Source: Mycobacteriales bacterium
Lineage (GTDB): Bacteria; Actinomycetota; Actinomycetes; JAFAQI01
Assembly (NCBI GenBank): GCA_035695245.1
Contig: DASSEQ010000265.1
Span: forward strand, 2,296-66,295
Reading direction: 5' to 3'
Length of the DNA stretch: 64,000 bases
Part shown: positions 18,815 through 27,261 of the stretch, piece after piece
How positions within the stretch are numbered: the first letter of the stretch is position 1
Layout: each line of letters starts with the position of its first letter
Position numbers and translations under genes: made by a program
Notes under the pieces: generated by a model
Databases searched by the model: none
The model's input: only the letters and a program-made list of their open reading frames with translations
What the model was told of the DNA's origin: nothing

Positions 18815-18991
18815 GTGCTCACCTGGGTGCTGGTCGGCGTGCTGCTCGGCGCCGGTGGCTTGGCGGTGCTCGGCGGTCTGACCTGGCGGCTGTGGCGACA
18901 GGTCCGGCAGCTCGGCCGCGACATCGCGGCCGCGGGAGCGCGCATCAGCGCGGCAACCGACGAGCTCGCGCGGGTCAGCCCTCGCAAGTGA
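18815..18991 (+). CDS. candidate 58-aa single-pass membrane protein
   Basis: Not in the ORF track (under 60 aa). GTG start, peptide VLTWVLVGVLLGAGGLAVLGGLTWRLWRQ..., high GC3. It ends 24 nt before tatA. Confidence 0.3.
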   Translation: MLTWVLVGVLLGAGGLAVLGGLTWRLWRQVRQLGRDIAAAGARISAATDELARVSPRK

Positions 18992-19014
18992 GCTCCGCGG
19001 CGTAGGATTTCGGT

Positions 19015-19323
19015 ATGGATATCGGCTGGCCCGAGATCTTGATCATCGCTGTGGTGATCCTCGTGCTGTTCGGGTCGAAGAAGCTGCCGGATGCCGCGCG
19101 CTCGCTCGGCCGGTCGATGCGCATCCTCAGGACCGAGGTCAAGGGGTTGCACGACGACGACGCGACCCCGGCTTCCCAGCCACCGGTAGCCCAGCCACCG
19201 GTAGCCCAGCCACCGGCAGCACTCCCGCCCACAACGCCGCCGGCGACGACCGCCGTTCCGCCTGCAGGCTCCTCAGCCGGCCAGCCGACGTCACCCGTCG
19301 GTGACAGCACCGACTCGCCGTAG
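19015..19323 (+). CDS. tatA: twin-arginine translocase subunit TatA
   Basis: [38 protein letters not shown] is the TatA TM helix plus amphipathic helix. The C-terminus is a Pro-rich repeat tail. Confidence 0.9.
   Translation: MDIGWPEILIIAVVILVLFGSKKLPDAARSLGRSMRILRTEVKGLHDDDATPASQPPVAQPPVAQPPAALPPTTPPATTAVPPAGSSAGQPTSPVGDSTDSP
19177..19221 (+). repeat. 15-bp tandem repeat x3 (CAGCCACCGGTAGCC) inside tatA
   Basis: Encodes (QPPVA)x3 in the TatA C-terminal tail; the third copy has one mismatch. Confidence 0.8.
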
Positions 19324-20158
19324 CCGCGGCGCGCGTCACCCGGACGACGTCCGGATGACGTTGGCGGAACACCTCCGCGAGCTGCGCCGTCGAGTCATCA
19401 TCGCCGCCGCCGCGATCGTTCTCGGCACGATCATCGCGTTCGTCTTCCACCATTGGCTGCTCAACGTCATCACGCATCCCTACTGCCGGCTGCCGGCGAA
19501 ATACCGCCTGGTCAGCAATCGCTGCACGCTCGTCGTCAGCGGCGTACTCGATCCCTTCACCGTCACCTTGAGGTTGTCGTTGTACGCCGGACTGCTGCTC
19601 AGCTCGCCGGTCTGGCTGTGGCAGCTGTGGGCCTTCGTCACACCCGGGCTCTATCAGCGCGAACGTCGATGGGCACTGTCGTTCGTGGGCTCGTCGCTCG
19701 TGCTGTTCGCAGCCGGGACCGTGGTCGCCTACATCACGATGGAGAACGGCCTGCGCTTCCTGTTGAGCTTCGCCACCGGCGACCTTGCATCGCTGCTGAC
19801 CTTCCCCAACTACCTGTCCTACTTCGTCGCGATGGTGCTGGTCTTCGCCGTCTCTTTCGAGTTCCCGCTCGCCATCGTGCTGCTCAACCTGGCCGGAGTG
19901 ATATCCGCGCAGCAACTCCGCCGATGGGCACGAGGCATCATCTTCGGCGTGTTCGTCTTCGCTGCTGTCGCAACCCCCAGCCAGGATCCGATCACGATGC
20001 TCGGCTTGGCGTTGCCCATGACGCTTCTCTTCGGCATTGCCTATGCCGTTGCCGCGGTACACGACCGTCGCAAAGCGGGGCGAGGCGACTCCTCGATCTA
20101 TGCCGGTCTCTCCGACGACGAGCTGTCGCCGCTCGATGACGAACCCGTCGCCCCGTGA
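19301..20158 (+). CDS. tatC: twin-arginine translocase subunit TatC
   Basis: [27 protein letters not shown] and 6 TM helices. A start at 19301 overlaps the tatA end; an alternative start is ATG 19355. Confidence 0.85.
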   Translation: MTAPTRRSRGARHPDDVRMTLAEHLRELRRRVIIAAAAIVLGTIIAFVFHHWLLNVITHPYCRLPAKYRLVSNRCTLVVSGVLDPFTVTLRLSLYAGLLLSSPVWLWQLWAFVTPGLYQRERRWALSFVGSSLVLFAAGTVVAYITMENGLRFLLSFATGDLASLLTFPNYLSYFVAMVLVFAVSFEFPLAIVLLNLAGVISAQQLRRWARGIIFGVFVFAAVATPSQDPITMLGLALPMTLLFGIAYAVAAVHDRRKAGRGDSSIYAGLSDDELSPLDDEPVAP

Positions 20159-21066
20159 GTGACATCGGGGGCACCCGCAACGTCGCCCTGCTCGTGAACC
20201 CCACCGCCGGCAAGGGACGTGCGGCGGGGGTCGTCGCCAAGGTCACGGAGCGACTGCGCACGGGTGGGGCAAACGTCGCGATCCTCGTCGGTCATGACGC
20301 CGAAGACGCCAAAAAGCTGGCCCGTCGCGCCGTCGATGACGGTGTCGACGCGCTCGTTGCGCTCGGCGGCGACGGGATGGTCCATCTGGCGCTGAATGTC
20401 GTCGCCGGCACAACGACGCCGTTGGGAATCATTCCGGCCGGCACCGGCAACGACCTGGCCAGCACACTTCGCCTTCCGACGAAGGATCCGGTAGGTGCGG
20501 CAGCGGTCGTGGCCGCCGGCCTGGCCGAGGACAGCGCCTGGCCGATGGACGCCGTCCGTGTAGGTGACCGGTGGTTCGGCAGTGTGCTCGGCGCGGGTTT
20601 CGACTCACGCGTCAATGACCGGGCCAACCGGATGACTTGGCCGCACGGACGCATGCGCTACAACCTGGCGATCCTCGCCGAGCTCGGCGTCTTCGCACCG
20701 CTACCGTTCACGCTCGAGCTCGACGGCGAGCGGCTCGAAACGGAGGCGATGCTCGTCGCGGTCGGCAACGCCAAGTCCTACGGAGCCGGCATGAAGGTCA
20801 CCCCGGATGCCGAGGTCGACGACGGAATGCTCGATGTCTTCGTGCTCGGCGCCATCTCGAAGCCTGAGTTCCTCAAGACGTTTCCCAAGGTCTTCAAGGG
20901 CACCCACATCACGCATCCAGCAGTGACCATGCGGCGCGCGAAGGTCGTGTCAATGGCGTCCGAGGGCGTCACGGCCTACGCCGACGGGGAATATCTCGCC
21001 GACCTACCCATCACGTGCGAGGTGGTTTCGGGCGCGGTGCAGGTGTTCGCGCCCCGACCCGCATAA
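20155..21066 (+). CDS. diacylglycerol-kinase-family lipid kinase
   Basis: DAGK catalytic-domain motifs (ALGGDGMVH, GIIPAGTGNDLA). The GTG start overlaps the tatC stop. Confidence 0.8.
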   Translation: MSDIGGTRNVALLVNPTAGKGRAAGVVAKVTERLRTGGANVAILVGHDAEDAKKLARRAVDDGVDALVALGGDGMVHLALNVVAGTTTPLGIIPAGTGNDLASTLRLPTKDPVGAAAVVAAGLAEDSAWPMDAVRVGDRWFGSVLGAGFDSRVNDRANRMTWPHGRMRYNLAILAELGVFAPLPFTLELDGERLETEAMLVAVGNAKSYGAGMKVTPDAEVDDGMLDVFVLGAISKPEFLKTFPKVFKGTHITHPAVTMRRAKVVSMASEGVTAYADGEYLADLPITCEVVSGAVQVFAPRPA

Positions 21067-21070
21067 CCTC

Positions 21071-23734
21071 GTGGGCGTGACCGGCACCGCGGAGTTCGCC
21101 GCGGGCTTCGACTTCGCGCTGGACCCCTTTCAGCGCAGGGCCTGCGAGGCGCTGGAGGGCGGGCACGGAGTTCTCGTCGCGGCTCCGACCGGCTCGGGGA
21201 AGACGGTCGTGGGCGAGTTCGCCGTCTTCCTGGCGCTGCGCACTGGCGGCAAGTGCTTTTACACAACACCGATCAAGGCACTCTCCAACCAGAAGTTCCA
21301 CGACCTCGTCGAACGGCACGGTGCGGACAACGTCGGCTTGCTGACCGGCGACAACTCGGTCAACGGAGAAGCACCCATCGTCGTGATGACGACAGAAGTC
21401 CTGCGCAACATGCTCTATGCCGGATCGCCGACACTGCGCGGCCTGTCGCACGTCGTCATGGACGAGGTGCACTACCTCGCCGACCGCTTCCGCGGCGCGG
21501 TCTGGGAGGAGGTCATCCTGCATCTCCCGGACCACGTCACGCTCGTGTCGCTCTCGGCAACCGTCAGCAACGCCGAAGAGTTCGGTGAATGGCTTCAGGA
21601 AGTGCGCGGGGACACGACCGTCATCGTCGAGGAGCACCGACCCGTCCCGTTGTGGCAGTCGGTGTTGGTCGGTCGTCGCCTTTTCGACCTCTTCACCGAC
21701 GACGCGCACGACGTCAACCCGGAGCTCGTCCGACTCGCCTCGGACGAGGCCCGCTTCGCACGAATTCATGAAGACCGCCGACCGCAGCGTGGCGCCCGCC
21801 GACCGCGCAGCCGCATCGACGTGCCGACCCGGCCCGAAGTGATCGAGACGCTGGATCGCGCGGGGTTGCTCCCGGCAATCGTCTTCATCTTCAGCCGCGC
21901 CGGCTGCGACGCGGCGGTGTTGCAATGCCTCCGCCGTGGGTTGCGGCTCACCGACCCACGGGAACGTGACGTGATTCGCGCCCTTGTCGAAGAGCGCACC
22001 GCCGGGATCCCCGAGGACGACTTGCGGGTGCTCGGGTTCGGCGAGTTCCTGGACGCCGTCGAGCGCGGCGTCGCCGCGCACCATGCCGGGATGCTGCCGG
22101 TCTTCAAGGAGATCGTCGAAACGTTGTTCAGCAACGGTCTCGTGAAGATCGTGTTTGCTACCGAAACGCTGGCATTGGGCATCAACATGCCGGCCCGCAG
22201 CGTGGTGCTCGAGTCGCTGGTCAAGTGGAACGGTGAGGCCCACGTCGACCTCACCCCCGGTGAATACACGCAGTTGACCGGTCGGGCCGGACGTCGTGGC
22301 ATCGATATCGAAGGGCACGGAGTCGTGCTTTGGACACCGGGCCTCGATCCACAACATGTCGCGGGTCTCGCGTCCACCCGCACTTATCCCTTGCGCTCCT
22401 CCTTCCGGCCGTCCTACAACATGGCCGTCAACCTCGTGCAACAGATGGGTCGGGCTGCCGCGCGCGAGCTGCTCGAGTCTTCTTTCGCGCAGTTCCAGGC
22501 GGATCGCGCGGTCGTCGGTCTCGCCCGGCAGGTGAAGCGCAACCACGAGGCGATCGACGGTTATCGCGACGCCATGCACTGCGATCTCGGCAACTTCGTT
22601 GAATACGCCGGCCTCCGACGCGCGCTCAAAGACCGTGAGGCGCAGCTGGCTCGCGAACACTCGGTGCAACGTCGGGCGGCCGCGGCAGCGTCGCTGGAGC
22701 AGCTGAAGGCGGGTGACGTCATCCGCGTGCCATCCGGCCGCAGACAAGGCTTGGCAGTGGTCATCGATCCGAGTGGTGGTGGCGGCGTCGGCGATCGGCG
22801 TCCCGTCGTCATCACGTTCGACCGACAGCTCAAGCGCCTCTCGATGGTCGACTTCCATGAACCGGTCGAGCCGCTTGGAAAAGTGCGGCTGCCGAAGAGC
22901 TTCAGCCCGCGGTCTCCGCAGTCGCGGCGTGACGTCGCATCCTCCTTGCGCAACCTCAATCTCGGCGACGTCCCTCCGGCCAAGAAACGCAAACCGGCTG
23001 CGGACGACGACGAGATCGCACGGCTTCGGGAGGCGATCCGCCGGCATCCTTGTCACGGGTGCCCTGAACGCGAACAGCACGCCAGGTGGGCGGAGCGCCG
23101 CAACCGGCTGGCGCGCGACACCGAGACGCTGGAAGCGAAGGTCGCCGGCCGCACCAACACGATCGCCCGCATGTTCGACCGCGTTTGCCATCTGCTCGAG
23201 TCTCTGGGTTATCTGGACGGCGACGATGTGACCGCTGCCGGCAAGGTGCTCGCCCGCATCTACAGCGAAGCCGACCTCGTCATCGCGGAGGCGCTTCGGG
23301 ACGGTCGCTGGGACGCACTGGACAGCAAGGAGCTCGCCGCGGTTGTCTCCGCGTTGGTCTACGAGGCGCGCCGCGACGACGACCCGTCGCCGAGGCTCCC
23401 GCCTGGCGGCGTGCGCGGAGCCCTCGAGGATCTCGCTCACCTCTGCGACTCGCTCGAGGCAGCCGAACGCGACGCCCGCCTCGACTTCCTCCGAGATCCG
23501 GACATCGGGTTTGCCTGGGTCGCCTGGCGCTGGGCGAAGGGGGACCCACTCGATGCCGTGCTGTTGGACGCCTCCCAGGCGCCGGGAGACTTCGTCCGCT
23601 GGATGAAGCAGTTGATCGATCTGCTGGACCAGGTCGCAGATGCGGCCCCGGAGAGCTCGCCGGTGCGTCGCACCGCCGCCCGGGCGGTGACGGCCCTACG
23701 GCGCGGAGTGGTCGCCTACTCCGGAGTCTCCTGA
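21071..23734 (+). CDS. helY: Ski2-like DEAD/DEAH-box helicase HelY
   Basis: Walker A AAPTGSGKT and DEVH box, about 887 aa. It sits downstream of tatC, as does Rv2092c in M. tuberculosis. Confidence 0.9.
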   Translation: MGVTGTAEFAAGFDFALDPFQRRACEALEGGHGVLVAAPTGSGKTVVGEFAVFLALRTGGKCFYTTPIKALSNQKFHDLVERHGADNVGLLTGDNSVNGEAPIVVMTTEVLRNMLYAGSPTLRGLSHVVMDEVHYLADRFRGAVWEEVILHLPDHVTLVSLSATVSNAEEFGEWLQEVRGDTTVIVEEHRPVPLWQSVLVGRRLFDLFTDDAHDVNPELVRLASDEARFARIHEDRRPQRGARRPRSRIDVPTRPEVIETLDRAGLLPAIVFIFSRAGCDAAVLQCLRRGLRLTDPRERDVIRALVEERTAGIPEDDLRVLGFGEFLDAVERGVAAHHAGMLPVFKEIVETLFSNGLVKIVFATETLALGINMPARSVVLESLVKWNGEAHVDLTPGEYTQLTGRAGRRGIDIEGHGVVLWTPGLDPQHVAGLASTRTYPLRSSFRPSYNMAVNLVQQMGRAAARELLESSFAQFQADRAVVGLARQVKRNHEAIDGYRDAMHCDLGNFVEYAGLRRALKDREAQLAREHSVQRRAAAAASLEQLKAGDVIRVPSGRRQGLAVVIDPSGGGGVGDRRPVVITFDRQLKRLSMVDFHEPVEPLGKVRLPKSFSPRSPQSRRDVASSLRNLNLGDVPPAKKRKPAADDDEIARLREAIRRHPCHGCPEREQHARWAERRNRLARDTETLEAKVAGRTNTIARMFDRVCHLLESLGYLDGDDVTAAGKVLARIYSEADLVIAEALRDGRWDALDSKELAAVVSALVYEARRDDDPSPRLPPGGVRGALEDLAHLCDSLEAAERDARLDFLRDPDIGFAWVAWRWAKGDPLDAVLLDASQAPGDFVRWMKQLIDLLDQVADAAPESSPVRRTAARAVTALRRGVVAYSGVS

Positions 23735-24636
23735 GCGCGCCGCGCGTGGGTGATCGCCCCGAACAACCGGTTGAGCGACGAGTCCAACGCCCAACGGTCG
23801 GACAGCTCCACCAGTCGCTCCGGCTCGAGCGGCTGCGCCGGCAGCCGGTCGTCGTGCACCGGGATGGGCACGTCGCGCGCGACCCGGACGACGTACGGCG
23901 CATGCTGCAAGTAGTCGGCCGCCGCCAGGACTTTCGAGCGCGCACCGGCCGGGAATCCCGCGTCGTCGCCCGCCGTCGCTGCCGCGAGCAGGTCCTCGAC
24001 ACAGCCGAAGCGACCGACCAGCGCAGCAGCCGTCTTCTCGCCCACCCCAGGCACGCCGGGAAGGCCGTCGGACGGATCACCCCGCAGTGCCGCGAACTCG
24101 CCGTAGAGCCGGCCGGGGATGCCATATTTGGCTGTGACTGCCGCCTCGTCCCATGGCGACGCCGAGCCCACACCCTTGGCCGTATAGATGACCCGGATCG
24201 GCTTGTCGTCACGCACCAGCTGGAAGAGATCACGATCTCCCGTCACGACGTCGACCGCACCACTCGCCTGCTCGGCGAGTGTGCCAATGACGTCGTCGGC
24301 TTCGTAACCGTCCACGCCGACCTGGGCGATTCCGAGCGCCGCGAGCACCTCTTCGATGATGGGCACCTGCACCGCGAGGCCGTCCGGAGTCTGATCGCCG
24401 CCGTCCGGTCCGACCCGATGCGCCTTGTACGACGGAAGCGCTTGCACCCGCCACTGTGGCCGCCAGTCCGCGTCCATCGCCGCGACCAGACGCGACGGGG
24501 TGAAGTCGCGCACCAGCCGGGAGATGAAGTCGAGCAGACCGCGGATGGCGTTGACCGGCGTGCCGTCGGCTGCAGTGATCGTGTCCGGCACGCCGTAGTA
24601 GGCGCGGAAGTAGAGCGACGGCGTGTCCAGCAGCAT
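23716..24636 (-). CDS. 5'-3' exonuclease (FEN/PolI-N-terminal-like)
   Basis: N-terminus MLLDTPSLYFRAYYG. The longer ORF extends to 24684 but would overlap yciI; the start was chosen at the M of MLLD. Confidence 0.75.
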   Translation of the reverse strand: MLLDTPSLYFRAYYGVPDTITAADGTPVNAIRGLLDFISRLVRDFTPSRLVAAMDADWRPQWRVQALPSYKAHRVGPDGGDQTPDGLAVQVPIIEEVLAALGIAQVGVDGYEADDVIGTLAEQASGAVDVVTGDRDLFQLVRDDKPIRVIYTAKGVGSASPWDEAAVTAKYGIPGRLYGEFAALRGDPSDGLPGVPGVGEKTAAALVGRFGCVEDLLAAATAGDDAGFPAGARSKVLAAADYLQHAPYVVRVARDVPIPVHDDRLPAQPLEPERLVELSDRWALDSSLNRLFGAITHARRAQETPE

Positions 24637-24653
24637 CAGCCGATCGTGTTCGG

Positions 24654-24935
24654 TCACTGAGCCGCACCCACGACGACGTTCCACTGCCGGATCTCCCAGG
24701 CCGCGACCAGACCGTTGCTGACATAGGGGTCGCTGTCGACGAAGTCCCGGACGACCGCTTCGTCATCGGTCCGCCACACGAGCAGAGCGCGATCCGCAGG
24801 GGCGTCGAATGCGCCGCCGAGCAGCAGCTCGCCGCGATCCGCAGCGGCCCGGGCAAGCTCGAGATGCTTGTTGCGCAAGGGTCCGCGACGCTCCAGGTAG
24901 TCATCGACAAGTGTGTAGACGAGCGCGAGATGCAT
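24654..24935 (-). CDS. YciI-like (Dabb fold) small protein
   Basis: 93 aa, MHLALVYTLVDDYLERRGPLRNKHLELARAAADRGELLLGGAF... It is the C-terminal portion of the artefactual 497-aa ORF that is otherwise antisense to pepQ. Confidence 0.65.
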   Translation of the reverse strand: MHLALVYTLVDDYLERRGPLRNKHLELARAAADRGELLLGGAFDAPADRALLVWRTDDEAVVRDFVDSDPYVSNGLVAAWEIRQWNVVVGAAQ

Positions 24936-24974
24936 GACCGCCAGCCAACCACGTTCCGGCGCTAGATTGCTGGT

Positions 24975-26090
24975 GTGACTGATGCCCTCGGTGATCGGCT
25001 GCAACGGGCACAAACGGCAACCGCTCAGGCGGGCATCGACGCCCTTCTGATCACGCCCAGCGCCGATCTGCGCTATCTGGTCGGATATGACGCGAAGCCG
25101 CTGGAGCGGCTGACCTGTCTCGTCGTGCCGGCGCAGGGAGAGCCGGTGCTGGTCGTGCCCCGCCTCGAGCTTGCCGCCGCGGAGGCCGCTGATGCTCCGG
25201 CGGTGGTGAAGGTCGTCACCCACGAAGAAACCGACGATGCATTCGCGTTGGTCGCCGGCCTGGTGCAGGATGCGCTCGGCGCCGATCCGGCCAAGGTGGG
25301 CTTGGCCGATCGCATGTGGGCCGAGCAGGTGTTGCGCTTTCGAGGACTCTGGCCGCACGCCCACCAAGTGACCGCTGGTGGCGTGCTTCGTCCGCTGCGG
25401 TTGCGCAAGCAACCGGATGAGATCGCCGGCTTGCGGGCTGCGGGCGCGGCGATCGACGCGGTGCACTCCCGCATGGGGGAGTGGCTTCGCCTCGGTCGGA
25501 CCGAGCGCGAGGTCGGCCGCGACATCAACGACGCCATCATCGCCGCCGGGCACTCGACGGTGAACTTCATCATCGTGGGTTCGGGGCCCAACGCCGCGAG
25601 CCCGCATCACAGTGTCTCCGACCGTGTCATCACCGCCGGCGACGTTGTCGTTGTCGACATCGGCGGCACGATGCCCGATGGCTACTGTTCCGACTGCACG
25701 CGCACCTATGTCGTCGGCGCCGGCGTCGACGGCGCCTTCGTCGACTACTACGACGTTTTGCTCGCGGCGCAGAAAGCGGCCTGCGACGCCGTGCGCCCAG
25801 GCATCACCGCCGAAAGCGTCGACGCCGCCGCTCGCGACGTGATCGCGGCTGCCGGCTACGGCGACAACTTCATCCATCGCACCGGTCACGGGATCGGGCT
25901 GGAAGAACACGAAGAACCGTGGATCGTCGCGGGCAACGGCGTCGTCCTCGAACCAGGAATGTGCTTCTCGATCGAGCCCGGCATCTACTTCGGGGGCCAG
26001 CACGGCGCCCGGATCGAGGACATCGTCGCGGTCACCGATGACGGGTGCGAACGATTGGACACGATCACGCGCGATCTCGTGACGTTGTGA
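24975..26090 (+). CDS. pepQ: Xaa-Pro dipeptidase / M24-family aminopeptidase
   Basis: Creatinase N-terminus plus an M24 domain with metal ligands (DIGG ... HRTGHGIGLEEHE ... EPG). Confidence 0.85.
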   Translation: MTDALGDRLQRAQTATAQAGIDALLITPSADLRYLVGYDAKPLERLTCLVVPAQGEPVLVVPRLELAAAEAADAPAVVKVVTHEETDDAFALVAGLVQDALGADPAKVGLADRMWAEQVLRFRGLWPHAHQVTAGGVLRPLRLRKQPDEIAGLRAAGAAIDAVHSRMGEWLRLGRTEREVGRDINDAIIAAGHSTVNFIIVGSGPNAASPHHSVSDRVITAGDVVVVDIGGTMPDGYCSDCTRTYVVGAGVDGAFVDYYDVLLAAQKAACDAVRPGITAESVDAAARDVIAAAGYGDNFIHRTGHGIGLEEHEEPWIVAGNGVVLEPGMCFSIEPGIYFGGQHGARIEDIVAVTDDGCERLDTITRDLVTL

Positions 26091-27232
26091 TGCCGGTCGA
26101 CCGCGAGCTGCCGACCGATGAGGCGCGAGAGCTGCTTGCCCTTGCACGACAGCTGGCGGTCGAGGAGCTAGCTCCCCGCGCCGCCGAGTTCGAAGAACGC
26201 GAGGAGTGTCCGCGCGATCTGTTCCGCACCCTGGGACGGGCCGGACTGCTCGGACTCGCGTACGACGAGGAGCTCGGCGGCGGCGGCCAGCCCTACGAGG
26301 TCTACCTGCAGGTGCTCGAGGAACTCGCGATCGGCTGGGCCGCGGTCGCGTTGGGCGTCAGCGTGCACTCGCTGTCGTGCTTTCCGGTGGCGGCTTACGG
26401 CGACGCAGAGCAGAAGAAGCGTTGGCTCGGGGACATGCTCGGCGGCGAGCTACTCGGTGCCTACTGCCTTTCCGAAGCCGGCTCCGGGTCAGATGCCGGC
26501 TCGCTCCAGGCACGCGCGCATCTGGACGGCGACGGCTACATCCTCAACGGCACGAAAGCCTGGGTCACGCATGGCGGTGTCGCCGACTACTACAACGTGT
26601 TCTGCCGCACTTCCGACGACGATCGCCGTGGCATCTCCTTGCTGCTGCTCGATGCCGACACGCCTGGGCTCAACCCGCAGCCTCCGGAGAAGAAGATGGG
26701 TCTCCGCTCCTCGCCGACGGCGCAGGTCGTGCTCGACAGCGCCCGTGTCGGCATCGACCGGTTGATCGGCCGCGAAGGTGACGGCCTCCGCATCGCACTG
26801 TCCGCACTCGACGGCGGGCGGCTCGGCATCAGCGCAGTCGCGACCGGCGTCGCGCAGGCCGCACTCGACGCCGCCACTGCGTATGCCAAAGAGCGACGGC
26901 AGTTCGGGCAGCGCATCGTCGACTTTCAAGGCGTCGCGTTCATGCTCGCGGACATGGCCACCGGCGTGGAAGCCGCACGCGCGCTGTATCTCAGCGCCGC
27001 CCGCCGTCGAGACGCCGGGAAGCCCTACGGCCCACAGGCCTCGATGGCAAAGCTCTTTGCCACCGACAACGCCATGCGCGTCACCACCGACGGGGTGCAG
27101 GTGCTCGGGGGATACGGCTACACCACGGACTTCCCGCTGGAGAGATACATGCGCGAGGTAAAGGTGATGCAAATCTTCGAGGGGACCAACCAGATCCAAC
27201 GAATGGTCATCGGCCGCGCACTGTCGCGCTAA
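26090..27232 (+). CDS. acyl-CoA dehydrogenase
   Basis: ACAD motifs (YCLSEAGSGSDAGSL, GGYGYTTDFPLERYMR). The start ATG overlaps the pepQ stop (TGATG). Confidence 0.85.
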   Translation: MPVDRELPTDEARELLALARQLAVEELAPRAAEFEEREECPRDLFRTLGRAGLLGLAYDEELGGGGQPYEVYLQVLEELAIGWAAVALGVSVHSLSCFPVAAYGDAEQKKRWLGDMLGGELLGAYCLSEAGSGSDAGSLQARAHLDGDGYILNGTKAWVTHGGVADYYNVFCRTSDDDRRGISLLLLDADTPGLNPQPPEKKMGLRSSPTAQVVLDSARVGIDRLIGREGDGLRIALSALDGGRLGISAVATGVAQAALDAATAYAKERRQFGQRIVDFQGVAFMLADMATGVEAARALYLSAARRRDAGKPYGPQASMAKLFATDNAMRVTTDGVQVLGGYGYTTDFPLERYMREVKVMQIFEGTNQIQRMVIGRALSR

Positions 27233-27261
27233 GCCCGCAACTTCTGGGTACGACGGGAGTC

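Noticed and set aside
21011-23440. 809-aa minus-strand ORF antisense to helY.
   Set aside because: No motifs; helY on the + strand has Walker A and DEVH motifs and conserved synteny.
24654-26147. 497-aa minus-strand ORF antisense to pepQ.
   Set aside because: Only the last 93 codons (24654-24935, YciI-like) are plausible. The rest is antisense to an M24 peptidase with intact metal ligands.
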